Part shown: one piece after another, positions 37,867 through 48,600 of the stretch
Position numbering within the stretch: the first letter of the stretch is position 1
How the letters are laid out: every line of letters begins with the position of its first letter
Assembly (NCBI GenBank): GCA_035627515.1
Contig: DASPLQ010000012.1
Span: 1,344,517-1,408,516 of the forward strand
Direction of reading: 5' to 3'
Length of the DNA stretch: 64,000 bases
DNA from: Vitreimonas sp.
GTDB lineage: Bacteria; Patescibacteriota; Microgenomatia; UBA1400; PJMF01
Translations under genes and position numbers: made by a program
The notes under the pieces: generated by a model
Databases searched by the model: none
Told to the model about the DNA's origin: nothing
Seen by the model: the letters and a program-made list of their open reading frames with translations, nothing else

Positions 37867-38712
37867 TTACAGGGTGTTGACGCTCATCCAATCTTTTTTA
37901 GCATGTCCTTTTTGGAGTACTTTTTTATACTCTGCTAAGACTTCATCTAAAAATTTTATATCAAGGTCTTTTGCTAATTGCTTAACATACGTCAAGTCTT
38001 TGGTAATCCATTCAATTGAGAAAGTAATAGGGTCTGGTTCTTGGAAATACGTTTTTTGAGTTATTTGCGTAATAATGCCACCAGGCCGATCAGCTAAAGC
38101 TTCACTCACTTTAAGTAGATCCATGTCATACGCTTTAGCCAATTTCATAGCTTGTCCAAAACCCACGATATGGAGTGCTTGTAAAAAGTTTAGAATCAAT
38201 TTATATCTCATCCCATGTCCCTCAGGCCCAAAATGAATAACTTTTTTCGCAATAGCCCCGAGAGTGGATTCAATTTCTTTCAATACAACTTCTTGACCTC
38301 CACAAAGTAATGTCAAAGTGCCGGCTTCAGCTGCTACTCGGCCACCAGTTAATGCAATATCTAAAAACGACAAACCTTGCTTTTGGCATTTGTTAATTAA
38401 CTCATCAATCCATTCTACTGATAATGTAGCGCTAGCAATCAGGATAGTCCTCGGTTGCGCACCACTAAGAATTCCTTGACTACCCAGCCAAACTGCCTTA
38501 GATGATTCATCATTAGCCGTAACTTCGAAAACAATATCGGCTTTTTCTGCCACTTGAGCCGGACTTGAACAAATGACAGCCCCTTTCTTTTGAAATTCTT
38601 GGACTGTTGCTTCAGTTCTGTTCCACACCAAAACTTGATAACCATGCTTAAGAAAGTTATCTGCCATCCCTCTACCCATGATTCCCATACCAACAATGCC
38701 TATTTTTTTCAT
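37867..38712 (-). CDS. NAD(P)-dependent 3-hydroxyisobutyrate dehydrogenase-family oxidoreductase
   Basis: MKKIGIVGMGIMG Rossmann start. 6-PGDH-like NAD-binding fold. Confidence 0.75.
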   Translation of the reverse strand: MKKIGIVGMGIMGRGMADNFLKHGYQVLVWNRTEATVQEFQKKGAVICSSPAQVAEKADIVFEVTANDESSKAVWLGSQGILSGAQPRTILIASATLSVEWIDELINKCQKQGLSFLDIALTGGRVAAEAGTLTLLCGGQEVVLKEIESTLGAIAKKVIHFGPEGHGMRYKLILNFLQALHIVGFGQAMKLAKAYDMDLLKVSEALADRPGGIITQITQKTYFQEPDPITFSIEWITKDLTYVKQLAKDLDIKFLDEVLAEYKKVLQKGHAKKDWMSVNTL

Positions 38713-38756
38713 AATTAAGTGAGAGTTTAACGTAAGCACTCAATTTTTTCTACTCC

Positions 38757-38805
38757 GTCATTTAAAGTTTACAACCTTGCCTAAAAATGTAACTTTTAGA
38801 TGACA
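38757..38805. promoter_or_regulatory. Palindromic intergenic element, copy 3, in the divergent promoter region
   Basis: GTCATTTAAAGTTTACA-N14-TGTAACTTTTAGATGACA. Confidence 0.6.
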
Positions 38806-38875
38806 TTTCTTTCAATTCAAGATCCCTTTGAAGACCTAGTTGGTTTTTAGACTTCTTAGGTTTAGGATAGGGAAG

Positions 38876-39220
38876 ATGTCAAATTCTCCTGAATTAAGTG
38901 TTGAAAGACTTATTGAAGCCAAGGAAGTCGTCGATCGAGCCTTAAAAAACTACAAACAAAATAAACACCTGCTCATTGATAGTTCTGCGCCTCGCACTGC
39001 AGAATATTATGCCAATGAAAAAGCGTATGAAGATAACCGTCGCACTTTACTGAGAAAACAAACTACTTTAGACCTTGTCTTACAAAGCTGGTATAGGTAC
39101 ATTCAAGAAACAAATTTATTTAGCCAAGTTGCCAGCTTGAATACTTTCTTAGCAGCCTTCGAGCACCTTCAAGCAGCTGATTTGCAAACTTTAGTTAATC
39201 AGATTTTGGAACCTACCTAA
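38876..39220 (+). CDS. Hypothetical protein
   Basis: ATG at 38876 (MSNSPELSVERL...); the track start at 38840 is a TTG. Confidence 0.4.
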   Translation: MSNSPELSVERLIEAKEVVDRALKNYKQNKHLLIDSSAPRTAEYYANEKAYEDNRRTLLRKQTTLDLVLQSWYRYIQETNLFSQVASLNTFLAAFEHLQAADLQTLVNQILEPT

Positions 39221-39755
39221 CCTCAAACTTTGACTCCACCACCGCCTCCTGTTGATTCACAAAGCAGCGGAGAACGTATAAATAGTCAGATAATCTATTC
39301 ACGTACTGGAACACCAAAGCCGAGACGGTAACGTCTTTGCTATACCGGACAATCAGCCGTTCTAACTTCCGAGCCACCGTCCGTGTCACGTCTAAGCGCG
39401 CAGCGGCTTCACTGCCTCCAGGAAATAAAAACTTGGTCGTCCAACCTTCAGCCATGTGTTGCTGCAATGACTCACTTATTGTTTCCAAAGCCAATAGTTG
39501 TTCTTTTTTTAACTTCGCCTTGGGCGAAAGTGCTAGCTCCGCGCCTATATAAAACAACGTCTCTTGAAGTTGTTTGAGGAACTGCTTGTGCTCTGCAAAC
39601 TCAGCTGATAGAGCCACCAAACTCAAGCCAATCCATGAACTTAATTCATCGACAGTCCCTAAGACCTCGAAAATCAACTCATCTTTGCCGACGCGTTGAC
39701 CATTGGCTAAGCCACTGACACCTTTATCCCCTGTTTTTGTGCTGACTGATAACAT
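39213..39755 (-). CDS. PduO-type ATP:cob(I)alamin adenosyltransferase
   Basis: N-terminal TKTGDKG motif and size (~180 aa). Confidence 0.75.
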   Translation of the reverse strand: MLSVSTKTGDKGVSGLANGQRVGKDELIFEVLGTVDELSSWIGLSLVALSAEFAEHKQFLKQLQETLFYIGAELALSPKAKLKKEQLLALETISESLQQHMAEGWTTKFLFPGGSEAAARLDVTRTVARKLERLIVRYSKDVTVSALVFQYVNRLSDYLYVLRCFVNQQEAVVESKFEVR

Positions 39756-39783
39756 AGCTTTATTATAACGGTATAATCAGTCT

Positions 39784-40773
39784 ATGCAGGTACATGTTCA
39801 CACTGACCCCACTATTTTTACCACCCAGGCAGAGGAGTACACCGCTTTACTCACCAGTGCAGATAATCCAGCTTTTTTCATGCTGCCTGAGTATCAAGCC
39901 GTGTGGTGGCATCACCTGGGCGAGGGTGAACTAGAAGTACTTGAATTTCGTAGTGATAAAGGCACTTTAGTGGGCTTGGCGCCGCTGTATAATCACAATG
40001 GCACATATCGCTTAGTGGGCGCAGTGGATGTGAGTGATTACTTAGATATTATTGTCACTTCCGCACATAAAGCTGAAGTTTATCAGGCTCTAATTAATTA
40101 CTTCCACGCTAAAGATGCTTGGGAACAACTCAAACTCGAAAGCCTAGCACATTCATCTCCAACCTTAACCGAACTCCCAGCTCTCGCGGCGGCTCAAGGG
40201 TGGCAAACCGAACAAAAACAGCAGGATGTGTGTCCAGTTCTCGCTTTACCGGCAAACTGGGAGGAGTACTTCAGTTCGCTCGACCTCACCGTCCAAAAGA
40301 ACTTCAAACGTTTACTGCGCAGTATTGGTGAAGAAGATGAGATCACGTATTCTGTGATCACTTCAGACAATGAAATTGAAGCCGCTATGAATGATTTCAT
40401 TCTTCTTCATAAACAATCAGGTGAAGAAAAAAAATTATTCTGGGATGAAAAAAAAGAAGCCTTTTTTAAAGAATTAGGTAAAACTCTGCTCACAGCTGGA
40501 TACTTAAAGTTATTCTTTTTATCAGTAAATGATGATCGTGCTGCGGCCTTAATGATCTTTGATTGGCACAATCTGTACTTACTTTACAATTCTGGATTCA
40601 ACGCCTATCGCTACGGACACATGGGAGTAGGGAATGCACTCATTTTACATACCATTCAGCAAGCCATCAAAGAAAAAAAAGGTATTTATGACTTTATGCG
40701 TGGCAATGAGAGCTATAAATTTCAATTTAGAGCACAACCACAAAATATCTTTGATCTGTTTATAACAAAATAA
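39784..40773 (+). CDS. Two-domain GNAT-fold protein (FemAB/CelD/MshD-like acyl- or aminoacyl-transferase)
   Basis: ~330 aa, matching the duplicated GNAT architecture. C-terminal motif NSGFNAYRYGHMGVGNALIL. TATAAT 8 nt upstream of the ATG. Confidence 0.5.
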   Translation: MQVHVHTDPTIFTTQAEEYTALLTSADNPAFFMLPEYQAVWWHHLGEGELEVLEFRSDKGTLVGLAPLYNHNGTYRLVGAVDVSDYLDIIVTSAHKAEVYQALINYFHAKDAWEQLKLESLAHSSPTLTELPALAAAQGWQTEQKQQDVCPVLALPANWEEYFSSLDLTVQKNFKRLLRSIGEEDEITYSVITSDNEIEAAMNDFILLHKQSGEEKKLFWDEKKEAFFKELGKTLLTAGYLKLFFLSVNDDRAAALMIFDWHNLYLLYNSGFNAYRYGHMGVGNALILHTIQQAIKEKKGIYDFMRGNESYKFQFRAQPQNIFDLFITK

Positions 40774-40824
40774 ATTTTTGCCTTGTGAAAAGTCGTGAAA
40801 TATTGTGAAACGTGCGTGAAAATA

Positions 40825-41526
40825 TTAAATCTTCTGAAAAATCTCTTGTTTAGCTAGCCATTGTTGACCAGCTTCAGTTGCTGACACTAACTGGTAGAGC
40901 TCGTGCATATTTTCTCGGGCGCTCATGTGCTCTCGTGGTGTTTTCAAAGCCTGAGATTTATGTAAATCCATGGCTTTAATTTTTATGTCACGCAACTCAG
41001 TTACATTTACTACATGAGTCGTAGGTAAGTTTTTATTAAAAACGTAGCGCCATTTTCCCGCATCTACCTGAAAAAAGGTGTGAAAGAAAACTGCAGGAGT
41101 GTATGCAGACTTTTGGACTGCCAAAGTACTCGCAATGGAGACAGCCACGTGATCCAAGTGATAATACCAACCAGTGTGATCAAAGGTGACGAGCACGTCC
41201 GGTTGGTACTCATCAATCAGCGATACGCAGTCATTGAGCAGTCGACCCCATACATCCAGGTTATTAATTTGACCATCAGCATAATCTAGAATTTGACCCT
41301 CAGCGCCCAGCAACGCACATACGGCTGCAAACTCCTGTCTCCGCACCCCGGCCAAACCACCTGCTGCCTCTAACTCTTCCTGAGTCACCTCAATCACCGT
41401 GCTGGCTTCACCGGCAGTCATCGACACAATTTTCACCTGATGCCCCTGATCCGTTAAGAGTTTAATGGTCCCACCACACCCAATCGTTTCATCATCGGGA
41501 TGGGCAAATAAAAAGAGGAATTTCAT
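40825..41526 (-). CDS. PIG-L/LmbE-family N-acetylglucosaminyl deacetylase
   Basis: N-terminal HPDDE motif (FAHPDDETIGCGGTI). HxxH region. Confidence 0.75.
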   Translation of the reverse strand: MKFLFLFAHPDDETIGCGGTIKLLTDQGHQVKIVSMTAGEASTVIEVTQEELEAAGGLAGVRRQEFAAVCALLGAEGQILDYADGQINNLDVWGRLLNDCVSLIDEYQPDVLVTFDHTGWYYHLDHVAVSIASTLAVQKSAYTPAVFFHTFFQVDAGKWRYVFNKNLPTTHVVNVTELRDIKIKAMDLHKSQALKTPREHMSARENMHELYQLVSATEAGQQWLAKQEIFQKI

Positions 41527-41563
41527 AAATTGAAAGGTGGTTGTATGATAGCGCTACCAGTTT

Positions 41564-41785
41564 ATGGAAACCAGCGCAGAAATACCTTACCATTTAAGTG
41601 AAGCAGCTCGTACCCAACGACATCACGATGCTAAAACTATCATGGCTATTTTTGCCACTATTGTCAGCGGTTTTGCCTATCCACCGTTAACCGTAATTTA
41701 TGGTGGCATGGCTACTTGGCAACTGCGGTTAGCGCTCAGAGCTCGGTCGGCAAGTGATAGCTCAGCTGAGAAACTCGTCAGCTAA
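41564..41785 (+). CDS. Small hypothetical protein (possible single TM)
   Basis: 73-aa ORF. Weak support. Confidence 0.25.
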   Translation: METSAEIPYHLSEAARTQRHHDAKTIMAIFATIVSGFAYPPLTVIYGGMATWQLRLALRARSASDSSAEKLVS

Positions 41786-41786
41786 A

Positions 41787-41826
41787 GATGACACTTTTTG
41801 TCTAAAGTGTAACTTTTAAATGACAG
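41787..41826. repeat. Degenerate copy of the palindromic intergenic element (right arm intact)
   Basis: AGATGACAC...TGTAACTTTTAAATGACAG. Confidence 0.4.
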
Positions 41827-41830
41827 TTTG

Positions 41831-42607
41831 TTACTTTGAACCACCCCGTTGCCACTTCACACCTTCCAAGAGGGGGGCATAGGCGTCATCTTCCAGCTCA
41901 ATTTTTAATGCGGCTAATTCTTCTGCTGTTGGCACATGATCCTGAAACTCAATCTCTTTAATGTCTTCTACTACTGCTAGGGGGGTAGATTCGTTGCCTT
42001 CGCCCATTTCTAAAACTGCAGCTGTAGTGACGCTTTGCATGACATTCACTTGTTCCATTTTCATTAACCGGCCAAATAAATCTGGCTTGTCAATGTAACT
42101 TCGCAAGGGATTAAAACCACAATGTGCAATGGCATGACCTACTACACCCCAGTTGAGAGGAATACTACTGCTATCCGACATTGTGACGCCTACCTCTTTG
42201 AGACCATAGTGCGAGCGTAAAAACGCCCAGACATTATTGACTGACTTTTGTAAATCTGCTGGCCATAAAATATATTGATTATCAGCATTTGATTCATCGA
42301 TACCAGCTGACATGAACATCCAGTTGCCTTTGATTGTCAACATCAAGCCATACTTAGATGAGTGGGGATCGGTATATAACTCGGCTTCTTTTTTGACTAA
42401 CTCGAATTTTTCTTTACGTTCACCAGTCACTTTTGGCACAAAGCGGCCTTCACAAGTGCTGACGATTTTCGAGGCAATCACCACCACACTTCGCTCAGGG
42501 AGAGAGGGTATAGCATCAGCAATAACTTTAAAGAGATCGTCATTTTTTTTGACTAGGGGAGTTTTGTAGGCAGTGACCTTCATAGGCTTATTGTACAATA
42601 GAGGCAT
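41831..42607 (-). CDS. CofE-like (F420-0:gamma-glutamyl ligase family) amide ligase
   Basis: VVVIASKIVSTCEGRFV matches the CofE N-terminal signature. ~250-aa size fits. Confidence 0.55.
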   Translation of the reverse strand: MPLLYNKPMKVTAYKTPLVKKNDDLFKVIADAIPSLPERSVVVIASKIVSTCEGRFVPKVTGERKEKFELVKKEAELYTDPHSSKYGLMLTIKGNWMFMSAGIDESNADNQYILWPADLQKSVNNVWAFLRSHYGLKEVGVTMSDSSSIPLNWGVVGHAIAHCGFNPLRSYIDKPDLFGRLMKMEQVNVMQSVTTAAVLEMGEGNESTPLAVVEDIKEIEFQDHVPTAEELAALKIELEDDAYAPLLEGVKWQRGGSK

Positions 42608-42611
42608 CTTT

Positions 42612-44897
42612 ATGGCATTTGAACTCGCCTCCCAATTTCAACCCACCGGTGACCAACCTCTAGCAATTGAGCAGCTAAGTGGAGGGATTGCAGGTGGCCA
42701 AAAACACCAAACATTGTTGGGTGTGACTGGCTCAGGTAAAACCTTTACTATGGCCAATGTCATCCAACAAACACAATTACCTACCTTAATCATTGCTCAC
42801 AACAAGACCTTAGCCGCTCAACTCTATCAGGAATTTCGCGATTTTTTCCCTCATAATGCCGTCAGCTACTTTGTATCTTATTACGACTACTACCAACCTG
42901 AAGCTTATATCGCTTCGACTGATACCTACATTGAAAAAGAAGCCACTATTAATGACGAAATTGACCGTTTGCGCTTAGCAACTACGACTAATTTATTGAC
43001 TCGCCCTGATGTAATTGTTGTTGCCTCGGTGTCGTGTATTTATAACTTAGGTTCCCCGGTTGAGTATGGACGGTATCTTTTAGAAATTGTCGAGGGCGAA
43101 GTTATATCTCGCCAAACTTTGTTATTACAGTTAGCTAATTTACAGTATGACCGCTCAGATGCTGAGCTGCGTCGCGGCACCTTCCGAATGAGAGGCGATA
43201 GTATTCAACTCTGGCCTGCGTATGAAGATACCGCTCTACGGATCGACACATTGGAAAACCGCATTACTTCAATTGATAGAATCGATCCAGTAACGGGCTC
43301 GGTAATTGAGGAACCCAAAACTAAAGCTCCTATTTTCAGCGATCAACCTAGTTTAAAACGTTATGTGATTTACCCGGCTAAGCACTACGTCGTTAACCCT
43401 AAAACTCAGGAACAAGCCCTGGCGGATATCAAGCGTGACTTAGATGCACAGTTAGCTGAGTTTAAAGCTCATGGCAAAACTATTGAAGCGTATCGTTTGG
43501 AACAAAAAGTTACCTATGATATGGAGATGATTAAAGAGTTTGGTTTCGTAAATGGCATCGAAAACTACTCTCGCTATTTCGATGGTCGTAAACCTGGAGA
43601 TGCTCCCTTCACACTCCTTGATTATTTCTTAGAAAATGCCCGGCTTTTTAATCAAGGACGGTACTTAACATTCATCGACGAAAGTCACATCAGTGTGCCG
43701 CAAATCCGCGGCATGCACCACGGAGATCGCTCGCGTAAAGAAACCTTAATTCAGTATGGCTTTCGGCTCCCCAGTGCTCTTGATAACCGGCCACTGCAAT
43801 TTCATGAGTTTCAACTGCGCACACCACAAACTATTTATGTTTCGGCCACGCCCAATGAGTGGGAAATCTCTCAATCGAATGGACAAGTCACTGAACAATT
43901 GATTCGCCCCACTGGCTTAATTGACCCTGAGATTGAACTCCGCCGGAGCGAAGGCCAAATTGAAGATCTAATTATTGAAATTATCACCCGCAAAGCTATT
44001 GGTCAAAGAACCTTGGTCACTACCCTGACCAAACGTATGGCAGAAGCTCTAACAGAATACTTGAATGATGAAGGTAAAGTCCGCAAATTGGTCCGCAACT
44101 TCCGTGACCGAAAAGAGCAGCAACAAAATCAAGTGAATCCTGAAGCCGTCATTTCTCACCACGATGAACTGCCGATCGACAACATGGAGATTGGCAAAAT
44201 TCCTGACCAGTACCTTAGTCAAGCTAAACTACCTGAAGCATCTAAACTCACGGCTGATGCTTTATTACTTCCCAAAGTTGCCTACTTGCATTCAGACATT
44301 GAAACACTAGAACGCTCAGACATTTTAGATGATTTACGTCGTGGCGTTTATGACGTGGTGGTAGGAATTAACTTACTGCGGGAAGGCTTGGACCTCCCAG
44401 AAGTAACGTTGGTGGCGATTTTAGATGCCGATAAAGAAGGTTTCTTGCGTTCTCGCACGTCCTTAATCCAGACTCTCGGTAGGGCCGCGCGTCATTCTGA
44501 GGGTAGAGCGATTCTGTATGCCGATAAATTGACGCTGTCCATGAAGGCAGCCATACAGGAAACCTTACGCCGACGTCATATTCAAATCAAGTTTAACGAG
44601 CAGCACGGCATTACTCCCCAAACAATTGTTAAACCCATTCGCGATCGAATGATTGAGAAAAAAGAAGAGGAAGACGAATCTGATTCTAAAAACACTGCTA
44701 AGAAAAAAGCCGGTGTGATTGTTCATCTTAGCAAAAAAGAAAGTGTGAATCTGAGTGAACTGGAGCCAGACAACTTAACACCTGGTGAAAAGAAACGCAT
44801 GGCAGACAAACTTCGTCGTCGCATGAAACAAGCTGCCAATGATATGGATTTTGAGTTAGCGGCGATGATTCGCGATGTAGTCAATAGTTTTGAATAA
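42612..44897 (+). CDS. uvrB: Excinuclease ABC subunit B
   Basis: Helicase motifs (GVTGSGKT; DESH). Beta-hairpin. C-terminal UVR domain (DFELAAMIRD). Confidence 0.9.
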   Translation: MAFELASQFQPTGDQPLAIEQLSGGIAGGQKHQTLLGVTGSGKTFTMANVIQQTQLPTLIIAHNKTLAAQLYQEFRDFFPHNAVSYFVSYYDYYQPEAYIASTDTYIEKEATINDEIDRLRLATTTNLLTRPDVIVVASVSCIYNLGSPVEYGRYLLEIVEGEVISRQTLLLQLANLQYDRSDAELRRGTFRMRGDSIQLWPAYEDTALRIDTLENRITSIDRIDPVTGSVIEEPKTKAPIFSDQPSLKRYVIYPAKHYVVNPKTQEQALADIKRDLDAQLAEFKAHGKTIEAYRLEQKVTYDMEMIKEFGFVNGIENYSRYFDGRKPGDAPFTLLDYFLENARLFNQGRYLTFIDESHISVPQIRGMHHGDRSRKETLIQYGFRLPSALDNRPLQFHEFQLRTPQTIYVSATPNEWEISQSNGQVTEQLIRPTGLIDPEIELRRSEGQIEDLIIEIITRKAIGQRTLVTTLTKRMAEALTEYLNDEGKVRKLVRNFRDRKEQQQNQVNPEAVISHHDELPIDNMEIGKIPDQYLSQAKLPEASKLTADALLLPKVAYLHSDIETLERSDILDDLRRGVYDVVVGINLLREGLDLPEVTLVAILDADKEGFLRSRTSLIQTLGRAARHSEGRAILYADKLTLSMKAAIQETLRRRHIQIKFNEQHGITPQTIVKPIRDRMIEKKEEEDESDSKNTAKKKAGVIVHLSKKESVNLSELEPDNLTPGEKKRMADKLRRRMKQAANDMDFELAAMIRDVVNSFE

Positions 44898-44902
44898 GCT
44901 GT

Positions 44903-45538
44903 TTAAGTACTTGATGCTAAAAGAAATTTTTTAGTCAGTTTTAATCTCACCTCTCTCAATCTTCTCAGGCGATTCCTTAACTTTTTTAAACGTTCGAAAG
45001 CATCGTGATCAACAACTTGTTGAAAAACTTCTGCATCCATATCATATCCCGCACTATCTTCTAATTCTTCTACAATCAGGTCTATTTTTCCTATTTCTGT
45101 TAAAATTAAGGCGTCAACTTCTTCAACAGGGGTAAGCATTTTTTTTATCTCACCCTTTTTAATAAGTTCATTTATTTTATTGGCGCTTAACCAATACTCC
45201 AAAATTTTAATTCGCGTGATATAACTTAGGGTTTTTTCACGATTATTAAGATGTGAAACAATTTGGAGTGTATTCCAATTTTCTTTTAAAAGAGTAATGA
45301 GTTGAGATGTATTACATTCATTATCTTGCTTCATATCACAATCATCCATTAGCTGCTTCAACTCTTCCTGATAGTTATCAGCGTTGTGAATCCTACTAAA
45401 TAGCTCCCCAAGTTCTTCATCAATACATGAATAAGAATATAAAAAATTTTCATAGGAGAGTTTTGCAATCCGTGTTTTTTGTTCAGCTTTAAAAGCACTC
45501 CCATAGTCTATTTCATTCATCATAATTAAGAGCATCAT
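44903..45538 (-). CDS. Hypothetical acidic protein, AT-rich, antisense between uvrB and uvrA
   Basis: 211-aa ORF, visibly AT-richer than the flanking uvr genes. No motif. Confidence 0.45.
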   Translation of the reverse strand: MMLLIMMNEIDYGSAFKAEQKTRIAKLSYENFLYSYSCIDEELGELFSRIHNADNYQEELKQLMDDCDMKQDNECNTSQLITLLKENWNTLQIVSHLNNREKTLSYITRIKILEYWLSANKINELIKKGEIKKMLTPVEEVDALILTEIGKIDLIVEELEDSAGYDMDAEVFQQVVDHDAFERLKKLRNRLRRLREVRLKLTKKFLLASST

Positions 45539-45622
45539 ACACTACCCCATACTCGACATAAAGTCTCTTTCCTGCTACACTGATAATTCGCATTTTATTG
45601 GTGCTTTTCATGGTTTTAACTT

Positions 45623-48600
45623 ATGGCAACAAAAAAATCAGACAATAATAATCAAAATATTCAAAACTACATCACCGTCACCGGTGCTCGTGAGCACAAT
45701 CTCAAAAATGTGACGTTGAACATTCCCAAAAACCAGTTAGTAGTCTTTACTGGTTTATCGGGAAGTGGCAAAAGTTCATTGGCCTTTGATACTTTGTATG
45801 CTGAGGGGCAACGACGATATGTGGAAAGCTTGAGCTCGTACGCTCGTCAATTTTTGGGCGTGATGAGCAAGCCAGAAGTTGATCAAATTGATGGCTTATC
45901 TCCGGCTATTTCGATTGATCAAAAAACTACTTCTCATAATCCACGGTCGACAGTGGGAACAATTACGGAAATTTACGATTACCTGCGACTGTTATTTGCA
46001 CGGGTCGGCCATCCGCATTGTCCTAATTGTGGCCGGGAAATTGCCACACAAAGTATCGATCAAATCGTGGGCCACATCATGACCCAAACAGACCAAAGCC
46101 TGGACCAAATTGTACGGATCATGATTTTGTCGCCAGTGGTGCGGGATCGTAAGGGTGAGTTTAGTGCCCTGTTTACCAGTTTGCAGAAACAAGGTTATTC
46201 ACGCGTCCGCATCGATGGCAGTCACTACAATTTAGCTGATGATTTAACGTTGATTAAAACCAACCGTCACACTATTGAAGTGGTTTTAGATCGGTTAAGT
46301 ATTTCTCAGAAACAACTCAAAGACGAGAGCGAGCGTAAAGCTTTCCGGACCAGAATTTCGCAATCAATCGAACAAGCTCTCAAACTCTCAGATGGTTTTG
46401 CGGTGGCATCATTTATTCATGATCAAAGTTTCGAGTTTCCCAATGACCCGCAGGATGTTGATGACCGGTTATTTAGTGAAAAATTAGCTTGTAGTGTCTG
46501 CGGTATCTCAATTTCTGAACTTGAACCTCGCTTGTTTTCTTTTAACTCACCCCAAGGAGCTTGCCCTACATGTAATGGTTTGGGCTCCTTACTCAAAATT
46601 TCAGTGGATAAAATTTTGGCCCCCAGTTTGACTTTGAGTGAAGGAGCAATTATTCCCTTTGCTAAAAACTTGAGCTCTGACACTTGGTGGTCGCGCTTAG
46701 TAGAAACCGTGGTAGAAAAAGCTGGTTATGATTTCCGCCGCACACCATTTCAAGATTTTGACGAAGAAACACAACATACTTTGCTCAACGGTTCGCCAAA
46801 AGTATATCGGGTCAGCGGTGAAAACCGTTTTGGTCGCTCTACTGCGATTGAAGAAAAATTTGAGGGTTTTATTCCGTCGCTGGAACGCAAATATAATGAA
46901 ACCGAATCGGAATATATTCGCAAAGACATCGAACAATACATGCAGCGCCAAGTCTGTCCCACTTGTGATGGCGCACGTTTGAAAGAAGAAGCGCTATCAG
47001 TCACGATTGAAGGTAAGAATATTTCGCAAATTACTAGCCTCGCTATTAATCGTGCCTTGGAATGGGCTCGAACCTTGAAGAATGGTCAAATTCTGTCAGT
47101 GAAAGAACGAGCAATTGGCGATTCTATTTTGAAGGAAATTGTAGCTCGCTTAGAGTTTTTAAGTTCAGTTGGTTTAAATTACTTAAGTCTGCATCGTGAA
47201 GCCTCAACGCTAGCAGGTGGTGAAGCACAACGTATCCGATTAGCCTCGCAAATAGGCACCGGTTTAACGGGGGTGCTGTATATTTTGGATGAACCAACAA
47301 TTGGCTTGCATCAGCGTGATAACCATCAGCTTATCCAAACACTCAAAAATTTGCGTGACAAAGGCAATAGTGTGGTGGTAGTAGAGCACGATCGAGACGT
47401 GATGTTGGCTTCAGATTATATATTTGATTTTGGACCAAAGGCCGGACAGGGTGGAGGACAAGTGGTGGCAGAAGGCGAGCCAACAGCCATCATGAAAAAC
47501 TCAGCTTCTTTGACTGGTAAATATCTTGGTCGCAAAAAAGACGTCCACCGGGACCGCACACAAGCTATTAATGGTGTGGGCTCTGAGCGCAGTGTGATTG
47601 ATCCTGACTCCGAAGCTCAAGCGATCTCAACTGCTCAAGCATTACGGATTAGCGGCGCTACCCATCATAATCTCAAAGGTATTGAAGTAGATTTTCCACT
47701 TAATACTTTGACCTGTATCACTGGTATTTCAGGATCCGGAAAATCTACCTTACTTCATGATACTCTCTATGCCAATTTAGCTGAGAAACTTGGTAAAAAA
47801 AGTGAGATCATGCCGGGACATGTGGATCGCATTAGTATTCCTGACATTGTTCGTCGCGTCACTTTAATTGATCAAAGTCCAATTGGAAAAACTCCTCGCT
47901 CTAACCCCGCCACTTACACCAAAATTTTTGACTACATTCGTAATTTATTTACCAATACCCAAGAGGCCCGCATGCGTGGTTTCAATGTTGGCCGGTTTAG
48001 TTTCAACGTTAAAGGCGGCCGGTGTGAAGCTTGTGAAGGAGAAGGTCAAATCAAAATCGAGATGCAGTTCCTTCCTGATGTGTACGTGGATTGTGACGTC
48101 TGTTTAGGAAAACGTTACAATGAAGAAACTTTACAAGTCACGTACAAAGATAAAAATATTGCTGATGTCCTGAAATTAAGCGTTGATGAAGCATATGAAT
48201 TTTTCAACACTAACTCTACCCTGCGACAGAAATTAAAAACCTTACAAGATGTTGGCTTGGGCTATATTGAGCTAGGTCAACCCGCTCCCACGCTCAGTGG
48301 CGGTGAAGCCCAACGCGTCAAACTGGCTAAAGAACTCTCAGGTAGAACCAGCGAACACGTCGTGTATCTTTTAGACGAACCGACCACAGGTTTACACTTT
48401 GCTGATGTCCAGAACCTGCTAAATGTCCTTCATCAGCTGGTGGGCCAAAACAATACCGTGATTGTGATTGAACATAATTTAGACGTCATCAAAAATGCCG
48501 ACTGGATTATCGATTTGGGACCTGAGGGTGGTGAACAAGGTGGTGAGATCGTGGCCGTAGGACCGCCCGAAGTAGTAGCCACCACTCCGCAATCGTTTAC

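Noticed and set aside
2845-38805. The palindromic elements as LexA (SOS) boxes
   Set aside because: The arms are ~18 bp with a 13-16-bp spacer, unlike any known LexA dyad. They do not occur upstream of lexA, uvrA or uvrB.
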